Positions 9,230 through 21,200 of a stretch of DNA of 64,000 nucleotides are shown here, one piece after another. Origin of the DNA: an uncultured Bacteroidales bacterium (GTDB taxonomy: Bacteria > Bacteroidota > Bacteroidia > Bacteroidales > B18-G4). Within the stretch, counting starts at the first letter, position 1. Every line of letters starts with the position of its first letter. Made by a program: the position numbers and the translations under genes. The DNA is taken from NCBI GenBank assembly GCA_964487735.1, contig CAZASJ010000008.1:697-64696 (forward strand), written 5' to 3'. The notes under the pieces were generated by a model. It did not search any database, had not been told where the DNA came from, and saw only the letters and a program-made list of their open reading frames with translations.

Positions 9230-12200
9230 TTACCTTACCACTACAACATAACCAGATGTTCCTGTAGGAATGTCATCGGTATGTCCAACAACATTGCCTT
9301 CCCATACAGTGCCATCCCTGAACACGGCTTCAGCTTTCCAAAGATACACATCGCTTGGTACGAGTTTCCCTTCATGGAATCCATCCCAGCTTTCAGCAGG
9401 CCTTCCTCCGGCATCCAGGGCAGTGCTTTCCCACAATATTTCTCCCCAATGGTTATAAATGGCAATATGGAAGTATTTAAGGTTACGTCCTTTAGGAGTA
9501 AATAACTTGGTATCAGGATCGTATCCATTTGGATTCAGTGCATTTGGCACGAAAAGGGTTTTGAACATAAAATCGTATTCTCTGAAAGCAGTATCAGGAC
9601 AGCCAAATTCATTCCATATCACCTGTTCGATCCTATAAACCCCATCCTCCTCATAGCTATGGATAACCGGAGGATAGTCATCATACAGACTATAGCCATC
9701 ACCAAAGTCCCAGTAGTAGGCTTCACTATCCATTGAAGCATCTTCAAGGGCCACCCTGCCCTGTTCATTCTCATAATTTTCAGTCACGGTAAATCCGGCT
9801 GTAGGTATAGGATGTACATCAATAAATTGCTTCAGGGTATCGGGGCAACCAATTGTATTGTAAACAATGAGCTCAACTTCTTTTTCTCCCAGCTGTCCGT
9901 ATGAATATATGGGATGTTGCATCTGTGATGTATCTGCATTCGTTGAAGGATCACCAAAATTCCACCTCCAGTTTGTTATCTGATCTCCTTCATCGGCAAA
10001 AGACCTATCGGTAAATTCCACCTTCTCATTAAGGCATCCGGTTGTATATTGGAAGTTCGCTGTTGGCGAAATGTGAACACTGGCCGTTTTAACGACGGTG
10101 TCGATACATCCCCAATTATTTATGGTTATAAGGCTTACATCATATACACCTGAATTCTCGTAAACGAATATTGGGGATTGGGTGTTTGATGTATCCCCTC
10201 CGAAACCTGTACCAAAATTCCAGTGCCATGATACTGTATAAGCATCTCCGTTTTCTGTCGAGTCAATGAAATTCATGGGTCCTCCTGCACAAACAGGATT
10301 GCTGAAGAAATTAGCTATCGGTCCAGGCATGATCTCAAATATCCTGCTGAGAGTATCTGTAAACAGCACCCCATTGATTACAGCTGAGATTCCAAGACTG
10401 ACACTGATCTCTCCGGTCCTTTCGTAAGTATGTTTAATAAATTCAGCCGGTTCAAAGTATGTTGTATCACTTCCATCTCCAAAATCCCAATACCATTCCT
10501 GGATCAGTTCTTTGATGGTAGAATTTTCGGTAAAGAGAACATCAGCATACTGGCAATTCGGATTACTGAAGATCTCAAATGCCGGCACCAGACATGCTTC
10601 TCTCACGACCTCCTTGCTAACTGAGTTAAAGCATCCGTTTGAACCTTCCACAATCAATGTAGCTTCATAAATACCTATTTCAGAATATATATGAGAAATA
10701 TCGCCTACTCCTGAACCTGTAAGGACTACCGGAGGTGATCCATCGCCAAAGTCCCAGATTTGTGTTATAATATCAAAGCCATTCGCTGTTGATTGGTCGC
10801 TGAAGCGGAAAAGGCTGTCGCAAAGGTCAACCTCATAACTGAAATCAGCTGCCGGAAGTTCATTCACAATAATTTGCTTGTAAAGAATAGCCGGACAATC
10901 GAACATATCCACAATCTCGACACTTACAGTAAACACACCGGGATGGGTATAAACATGAACAGGGTTCGCCACTTCGGAAGTATTTAATGCTCCTGAAGCA
11001 GGATCGCCGAAATTCCAGGAATAAGAATCAATGCTATTTGGTAATGGTTGGATAATAGTTGCAGCAAATTGCATTCCTTCTCCAAAACAATTGATGCTAT
11101 CACTGATTTCAGCAAGAAGTTCATCAGGGATATAAACATCTTTATAGATTGTATCGCTGCATCCCTTATTATCCAAAACAGCGAGGCTGACAACATAGGT
11201 CGTATCACTATGCAGGAAGCTGTGACTTGGATTCTGTTGCTGTGACTGATAACCTGCTTCAAATGTCCATTTCCATTCAATGATCTGAGACAATGGTGAT
11301 GCTGAAACATCGTTGAAATTTACCAATCCGTTTGTGCATGAACCTACCTGGTAGATAAAGTCCGCTTCAGGTCCCTGATCTACATTAACAGGCAATGTAA
11401 TTGAACCAGTACATCCCGATTCGGTTGAAACAAGCAATTGGACATTAAACATACCAAAATCAGAGAATAAATGGGTGGGATTCTTCTCATTTGAACAATT
11501 TGAAGGACCAGAGACCGGATCATCAAAATTCCAGGCCCATCCGGTGATCAATTCACCTGAAGTAGTATAAGAAGCATCCATGAATTGTAATGGGCTGCCA
11601 TCACATCCTTCTTCATAACTGTAAAGGGCAATAGGGTTTGCAAGCACTTCAATTTCATGAGTAACTGTACCTATGCATCCAGAACTTTCAGTAATGGTCA
11701 GACTAACCTGGTAACTTCCGGTTGCTGAATAAGTATGCTCAGGGTTCATAAGATTGGACCCGGGACTTCCATCACCAAAGTTCCAGTCGTACAGTATTAC
11801 AGAAGCAATATTGGTAACAGTTGTATCCGTAAAAAAGAGTGTAGCCTGACTCAGGCAATTTTCTTCATAGGTAAAATCAACAGGTGGTTCTGCAGTAACA
11901 TCTACCTGCAGAATAATTGTATCGGAACATTCACCCGCATTTGTTACAATAAGCCTTACATCATAAATTCCGATTGCTGTAAAGGTATGCTGCGGGTTCT
12001 GCAAATTAGAGTAGTTAAGGATCCCTGAATTAGGATCATCGAAATTCCATGACCATTCTACAATGTCCCCCCCTTGCTGAGGAATGGATTGATCGAAGAA
12101 ATAGACTGATTCACCAAAGCAAGAATTTTCAAACTCAAACAATGCTTCAGGGGATCCGGTCACACTGATAAGCTGCGTTAACTGATCGAAGCATGAATCA

Positions 12201-15200
12201 GCTCCCGTAGCACTCAGGCTTACAGCATAGGTACCTACAAAGGCATATGTATGATAAATGTCAGGATCATCAGGGAAATAGATCGTTGTATCTGTTCCAT
12301 CGCCAAAGTCCCAATACCATGAACTGATGTATGCACCTTGTCCGTACGACAATTCATCGAAGTATACCGGGCTCTGCTGGCATGCCGTTTGCGGACCGCT
12401 GAACAAAGCAACAGGACTTTCATGAACGATGACAACGGCTGTGTGAGAGTTGGAACAAACTCCGGTATCCTGCACTGTAAGGGTAACATTATATATTCCT
12501 GTGGCGGCAAATTGATGATACGGATCGGGTTCATAGGCAAATGTTCCATCGTCAAAGTCCCAGAACCAACTTGTAACACCGAACACATTCATCAGAGATG
12601 AATCAGGATAGAAATGAGTAGCAGTATCTTCACAAGCGGCACCCCAAAGGAAGGCAACATCAGGTGATTGCCTTACATAAACGGCTTTCACAATCGTATC
12701 AACACAGCCCTGATAATTTGTTATGATAAGCGTTACATAATAAGTGCTATCACCAAACATATAGGTGTGTACAGGATTCTGTAGTGTATCGGAATTTAAT
12801 ATCCCTGTTGCAGGATCACCAAAATTCCAATTATAACTCATGTCTCCCATTCCTCCCGTATTGGAATGATCAAAGAACTGAACAGCTTCTTCTGAGCAAG
12901 CATTTGCAAAGAGAAAGTCAGCTTCAGGATCCGGTACTACCTGTACCTCACGCATATATGTATGTGTACAACCGCCCGAGTTCATCACAGTCAAAGTTGC
13001 ACCAAAGATTCCTGTAGTGTCATATTGATGATAAATATTCGGATCGTCAGGGAAGAAAATACTGTCAACAGGAGTACCGTCGTTGAAATCCCATACCCAA
13101 AGAACATTATAACCTACAGCAGTTGATGAAAGATCATTAAAGAATACACTATCTCCCAGGCAGGTAGGTTCCGTCACATCAAAGTAAGCATTCGGTATTT
13201 TATTTACAGTAACCTGATGTGTAATGCTTGTTTCACACTGGATTGTATCTGAAATGGTCAGTGTTACATCAAATACACCATCTCCATCATAAATATGGGC
13301 TGGATTCCTGAGATTCGACCAATAGCCATCACCAAAGTTCCATAGGTAGTTGGTAACGATATTGATATTTACAACGGTAGTGTCTGTATAGAATTGTGTG
13401 ATCTCATCTTCACAGGCCGCAATCCAGAAGAAGTCAACTTCAAGTAATGGATGAATATGTAACTGTTTGGTAACGGTATCAATGCAACCAGCACTATTGA
13501 TCACGATCAGGCTAACATTGAAAGTCCCGGTATCAGAAAATACATGAGACGGATTCTGCAATGTAGAATAGTTTAGTGATCCGCTGGCAGGATCTCCAAA
13601 ATCCCATTCCCTTGAAGCAATATCTCCACCTGCAGTAATATCATAAAACAATACAGCATCATCATCACAGAATACCTCAAAGTTGAAATCTGCTTCAGGT
13701 CCTTCAGTGATAACAATTACATCGGTTACAGACCCACTACATCCTGATGTATTGTATACAGTCAATGTAATAAAGTGTACACCGGCTGTTTGAAAGGCAT
13801 GTGTCACATTCGGGCTCCAGGGAGGTACTATGGTATCAATCGTTCCGTCACCATAATCCCAAACCCACATTTCTATATCACCTGTAAATGTGGATGAAAG
13901 GTCAATGAACTGAACTAAATTATTAACACAATTCCCACTGGTAAACATAAAGTCGGCAATTGGAACAGGTTCAGCATAGATCTGTTTAACAATAGTATGT
14001 GAACATCCTGAAGTATCAACAACAGTAAAGGTTATATCGTAGAAGCCCTCAGTATTATAAACATGAGTAGGGTTTTGTAAGGATGAGAAGTTCAATGGTC
14101 CGGATACCGGATCTCCAAAGTCCCATGCCCAACTGACAATGCTGGCTGCAGGTTGTGAAATATCATCAAATTGAGTTGCAACACCCAGGCATACAGTATC
14201 GGCAATAAAGTCGGCAGTAGGAAGATCATAGATATCCACCACCATGATATTGCTATCAATACAACCATTCTGGTCTTCAACCACGAGCAATACCGTATAA
14301 GAACCAATGGATGCATAAAGATGAACAGGATCTAACACATTCCAGGTAGTATCCCCATCACCGAAGTCCCAGAACCAGGAAATGATCGGGCTGCCACCAG
14401 TAAGGGTTGTTTCATTAAACTGTGTTGGGAACCCTATGCAGGCACCAAAGTAGGTGAAAGAAGCAGCAGGTCCTTCAAAGATCTCAATATCCTGAGAAAT
14501 AACAGAATAACAGCCGGAAGCATTAAATACATTCAGAGTAACCGTGTAAATACCTGAGGCAGCATATGAATGAGTTGGATGCTGTGTAAATGCACTATCC
14601 CCATCACCGAAATCCCATATCCAGGAGCTGATGATACTGCTTCCATTATTATAGGATAGGTCAGTAAATTGCGTAGACTGGGTATAGCAGGGTATTGAAT
14701 AGTCAAAGCCGGGTATAGGCACTTCATCTACATAAACAGGATAGCTAATCTGAGATGTACATCCATTGGAATTTGTAACCGTCAAGCTAACATTAAATGT
14801 ATCAACACTATTAAATATATGTGTCGGGTTTTGCAAAGTAGAAGTAGTACCATCATCAAAGTCCCAGTCCCAGCCTGCAAATGTACCTGAGCCCACAACC
14901 GATATATCGAAGAAACTGATTGTCTCACCAATACATACCGGCTGATTGGTATAATAATCAGCGATTGGAGAAGTGAATACTTCTATTGTCATTGCAGTAT
15001 CATCCTGACAACCATTCGAATTCCAGGTAGTAAGGGTCACAAGGTAGAATCCTGAGGTATTGTACACATGAATTGGATCCTGCAATAGGGATGTATCACC
15101 ATCACCAAAGTCCCAGTACCATGAGATCAGGCTATCAGCATTTGAAATTGAAAGATCATTAAACTGAATATCTGACAGGTCGCAAAGTGGTGCAATCACT

Positions 15201-18200
15201 TCAAATGATGCCTCCGGCAATTCAAAAACTTCCACAATCTTGACTACAGTATCAGCGCAGCCGCTCGAAGACCATACGATCAGGCTAACTGGATACATTC
15301 CGGCACTGGTATAAATATGTGTTGGATTTTGAATTGTTGAAACGCCACCATCACCGAAATCCCAATCCCAGCTAACGATTACTCCAGAGTTTGGAATAGA
15401 TATATCAGTAAACTGCATCACTTCTGTTACACATCCCGGATCCTGAATAAAGTCGGCAATCGGGCCGGGAGTTACAAGGATATTTCTCACCAAAGTATCT
15501 TCACAACCATTGTTGTTCACAACAATAAGACTTACATTATAATAATCCATGGAATCAAATACATGGACAGGATGCTGTACAATGGAAGTATCTCCGTCGC
15601 CGAAGTCCCAAAACCATGAAACAATGCTATCTGCAGAAGCAATGGATTGATCTGTAAAATATACCTCAAGTGTACCGCACACTGCCGAATCTGAGAAAGC
15701 AACAATAGGCAATGGTCTAACCAGCACATTTGCTGTATAGGAATCATTGCTTCCTATTGAATTAACCACTGTAAGTGTAACTAAATAAGTACCCGGAGCG
15801 GGATATACATGAGATGGGTTTTGAAGATTTGATGTATCACCATCACCAAATTCCCAATGCCAGGTGCTTATGCTATCAGCATTCGGAATGGACAGGTCAT
15901 AGAACTGTGTAGGTGTGCCAAAGCATGCAGTATCTGCAATAAAGTCGGCTACAGGAGTTGTAACGACCCAAATAACCATGGATTCAGACCCTACACAAGC
16001 ATTTGAGTTGGTAACGCTTAATGTAACCACATACATTCCCGGAGCAGGATAAAGATGTACCGGATGCTGGATGAATGCAGAATCTCCATCACCAAATGCC
16101 CATACCCAACTCACAATGCTGTCAGCATTCGGAATGGAAAGGTCCTTAAAGTATACCGTCAGGTTACCATTGGCGATAGAATCAATAAATAATGGAATTG
16201 GCAATTGATATACTTCAACCATCATGGTTGTATCATGCTGACATCCTCCAGAATTCACAACTGTTAAATTCACCGGATAAATTCCTGCTGCTGTATAAAA
16301 ATGTGTTGGATTCTGTGAATTTGAGAAACTTCCATCACCAAAATTCCAATTCCAGCTAACTATAGTTCCGGCATTGGCCACTGACAAGTCCGTGAAGCTG
16401 ACAGGATATCCATAACATACTGAGTCATGAGCAAATAAGGGCGTTGGACTGATGAGCACCTCTGCAGACCCTGAAACAGTATCACTGCACCCCTGTGCTG
16501 TCCATACAATAAGGCTAACAGGATAAGTTCCCGGAGCAGTATAGATATGGCTGGGATTTTGCAACATTGAAGTTGTACCATCACCAAAGTCCCATAACCA
16601 GCTGGATATTACTCCAAAACTGGTAAACGAAAGATCCGTAAAGTGGGTCGGTGAAAAGGCGCAGGCAGTATCAGAAATAAAGGCTGCCAATGGTCGTGGA
16701 TAAATTACGATGGGCTGTATAAGTTCATCCTGGCAGCCATTATTGTTTGTAATCGTTAGCGTAACAATATATATACCCGATGATGCATACTGATGCGTTG
16801 GGTTCTGAAGAGTACTTGTGGCCCCATCGCCAAAGTCCCACATCCAGCTGGTGATGCTCACTGCATTGGGCACCGAGATATCTGTAAAGAAAGCATTGTA
16901 AGAACAATCCGTTGTATGGGTAAAATCAGCGATCGGCAAGGGGTAAACTTCCACTGAGATCGTAGTGTCATCCGTGCAGCCATTGCTGTTGGTAACGGTC
17001 AGTCTGACATTGTAAATTCCGTTTGTTGAATAAAGATGGCTTGGGTTCTGCAGAGTACTTGTGCCTCCGTCGCCAAAGTTCCACATCCAATTCGTAATGC
17101 TCGTTGCATTGGCTTGAGAGAGATCCGTAAAGAACATCGTATCATCATCACACACCGGAGTGGTTGAGAATGATGCTATGGGCAATGCATTCACTTCTGC
17201 AAAACCTGTGGCAGTGTCTGAACATCCTCCAACGGTCTGGATGATTAATGTAACTGCATAGCTGCCTGCCCCTGTGTAAACATGCGTCGGGTTCTGGGCT
17301 GTTGATGTGCCTCCGTCGCCAAAGGTCCAGGCCCAGCTATTTATTGCACCATAATTGCTCACAGAAAGATCCGTAAACTGGGTCGGTGACATGGCACAGG
17401 CGGTATCCGAGGTAAAATCAGCCGTAGGCTGCTCAAAAATAGCAATAGGATGTATTATTGTATCTGTACAGGCATTTGTATTTGTAACAATCAGTGTTAT
17501 GAGATAGGTTCCTGCAGCTGCATATTGATGAGAAGGATTTTGCAAGCCTGACGATCCTCCATCCCCGAATGTCCAGGCCCAATTGGAGATCGGAACAACT
17601 GAATAAGTAGATAGATCTGTAAAATATGTGATCAGGTCACAAGCAGATGAATCTGAAAAGGCAGCATGCGGAGTTTCCAAAACCTCCACCAAGACCGTGG
17701 TATCATCTACACAACCATTTGAATTTTCAACTGTAAGATTTACTGAATAAAGTCCATATGCCGGGAAGATATGAGTTGGATTTTGCTGACCTGAAGAGAA
17801 TCCGTCACCAAAATCCCAATACCATGAGACCAGGCTACCAGCATTTGCCATAGAAAGATCTGAGAAAGCAGTTTCCATGCCCTGGCAAACAATATCAGAT
17901 GAAAACGATGCAAAGGGATTTTCATATACCCTGATCATTTGACTGACAGTATCTGAACACCCTGCCGTATTACTCACAATCAGTGATACAAGGTAGTTTC
18001 CGGCGACAGTATAAATATGTACCGGATCTTGCATTGAAGATGTGGTGCCATCACCAAAGTCCCAAAACCATGTATTAATGATACCAAAGGCAGAATAGGA
18101 TAAATCAATAAAATTGGTTGGTACTCCAGGACAAGCCGTATCTGCTGAAAAATCTGCAGCCGGAGCCGGAAATACTACTACCGGATGAGAAATAAAATCG

Positions 18201-21200
18201 TAACAACCATTGTCATCCGTTACCGTTAGGCTTACCGTATATGTCCCTGCAGTAGCATAAGAATGGACAGGGTTTTGTACTGAGGAGGTATTCCCGTCAC
18301 CGAAATCCCATAACCAGCCTGTAATAGTGCTAACGCTGGATGTTGAAAGGTCAGTGAAGTAGGCAGTAAAATTAAGGCAAGATGCTGAATCAGAGAACTC
18401 GGCAACAGGACCTTCCAGTATCATTATATTAATGGTTGTATCGTCTGAACAGCCATTTGAATTAAATACTGTAAGATTGACTGAAAATGTTCCTGCTCCG
18501 GCATATAAGTGTGTAGGATTCTGTTGTGCTGATGTAGAACCATCACCAAAATTCCATGACCATGCAAGAATACTTGATGCATTTGGGGTGCTATTATCAA
18601 AGAAGTTCACAGCATGGTCTTCGCATAAAGCATCATGCGAAAACGAGGCGATGGGCTCAGGATGGACAGTTATATTCTGCTGGACTGTATCTCCACACCC
18701 CTGATTCGTAGTAATTATTAATGTAACAAGATATGTACCTCCAGTTGCATAGGTATGGATTGGGTTCTGAAATGCTGAAGTCCCACCATCACCAAAATTC
18801 CAATTCCATTGGTTGATATTTCCTGTAGCCGTTGTTGAAAGATCTGTAAATTGTACAGGTTCTCCCGGGCATGCCATGTTATTTGTGAAAGCAGCCATTG
18901 GATTTGGAAACACATAAACCGGCAGTGTAATAGCATCCGAACATCCATTGCTATTGATAACCGTTAATGTAACATTATAGGTTCCAAATGATGGATATAA
19001 ATGGACCGGATTCTGTGCACTTGATGTATTTCCGTCTCCAAAATCCCATGACCAACTTGTAATACTTGCTGCATTAGGGATTGAAAGGTCTGTAAATGTT
19101 GCTGTATAATTAAAACAGGTTGTTGAATCATCAAAATTCGCGACCGGCGATTGATAAACATCCACAACAATGCTTGTATCATCTATACAACCGAATGAAT
19201 TTTGTACAGTCAGTGTAACATTATAGCTCCCGGATGAAGCGTACAGGTGAGATGGGTTTTGCAGCGTACTTGTGCCTCCATCTCCAAAGTCCCATAACCA
19301 GCCGTTCAGGATCCCTGCAGGGGTGCTTGAAAGGTCTGTAAAATTAATGCTGATACCTTCACAAACATCTGACCCGGAAAAAGATGCAATAGGCATTGGA
19401 GCTACAAAAACAGATCCGCTAATAGTATCATAGCATCCATTATCAGAGCCAACGATTAATGTGACGTTATATGTTCCTGTAGCTGCATAAGTATGGGTTG
19501 GATTTTGCAGACCAGATGTAAATCCATCACCAAAATTCCATTGCCAGGAATTCAGCGATCCACTTGGTGTTGTAGACAGGTCAGTAAAGCTGGTTGGATT
19601 GCCCAGACATGCTATATCAGAAGAGAAAGCAGCAGTTGGATTTTCAAGCAATGTTACTGCATGAACGATGGTATCGCTGCACCCATTATTTGTTATTGCA
19701 ACAAGCTGTACATTATAGGTACCGTACGCAAGGTAGGTATGCGTTGGATCCTGAAGTGCAGAAGTGTTTCCATCGCCAAAATTCCATGTCCAGGTTACAA
19801 TGCTTGATCCATTCCCTGTGGATAGGTCATTGAATGATACATGATAATCTCCACAAACATAATCCCATGAGAATTCCGCAGTGGGTACTGTATCCAGGGT
19901 CAAGATCATATAATCAGTGTCATTCTCACACGGAGCTATTCCATAAGCAATCAGGCCAAGTTGAATATTCCCCAGTTCCCCAGCCCCCGGCGTATAAACA
20001 GGATGCAAGAGTGTAGGATCATCAAATGACCCTGTTCCTCCAAACCACATCAAAGAACTATGGTTACTGGCACTTGGCGTTAAACTTGAGTTTGAAAAAT
20101 CCCAGGATTCATTCTGGCATACGGATTCATCAGATCCGGCACTTACAATGGCATCCGTGGCAACATATAAATAAACCGAGTCGGTTGATACGCAGATCTT
20201 GTTCCAGGTAGCTGTACAGCTATACCACCCTTGTACACTCGGAGATATCGTCTGTGAAACAGCTCCTGTATTCCATACGTAATCCGAAAAGCCCGGACCG
20301 GCATCAAAAAATGCAGTACTTATACCATCATCGCATATGGTAGTATCAGGTCCCAGCTCTACTTCAGGTGCCAAATCAATAGTAACGGTATCCCGTGCAA
20401 AATTTCCCAGCGAATCATAAACCATCACCCAATAGGATGTTGTTACGGTTGGTGATACAGGATTAACAGGATTCAGTACCGTTGGGCCGTGGCCCCAGAT
20501 CACACTTTGTGAGCGTGAACAGAAGATCATCACTTCGTCAAGCCCCCATGAATCGTAATCCTGCTGGTTTTCTCTTTGCGCAAATCTGAATCTGGAGTTG
20601 TTCGATATAGCAGCTGCCGGAACCTGCGATACAAAGTAATGCCACCAGTAGATGCTATTGTTATCATATCGTGCATCACAATGGTAATTAGGAGCCGGAC
20701 AGTAGTCAGCCGGGGTCCAATACCCTCCGGTACCATTTACAGTAGTGATAAATGGAGGATCAACCGTATTTGGGCCAACAGCAAACTGGTCACTTCCCGG
20801 AAAGTCAATCCATGGACCACCTCCCACCGAATATTGCAAATGCACTCCTTCATCCCATGAGTTTGGATCCTCACAGGTCCCGGCATCATCCTGCCTTCCA
20901 TAGCGCATCCACCATTCAACTACACAATTGCCAATGCTAATGTCAAAACTCTCTGTTGTAATTGTTCTTTGGGCAGCGGTATTTGTACCGACCCACAGGT
21001 ACCGACCATTAGGGCCCACCCCAGGACCCATGTATTCAGGATCGCAACCAACAGATGGAAATGTAGGATTAGCAGCTGTTGAAGACCAGCCAACACCAAT
21101 CCCATTTTCAAAGGTGTTATTCATGAAAATGTCATCGCAATCGCCTACAGCCTGAAGGTAGACCGAATCACCACGACAAATGGTAGTATCAGCGGAGGGA

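Noticed and set aside
9575-19885. The regular ~246-nt periodicity could be mistaken for a CRISPR array or a non-coding tandem or satellite repeat.
   Set aside because: The periodicity lies entirely inside one open reading frame and every unit is a multiple of 3 nt. The conservation is at protein level (PKD motif) with low nucleotide identity. There is no short-repeat/unique-spacer architecture and there are no cas genes.
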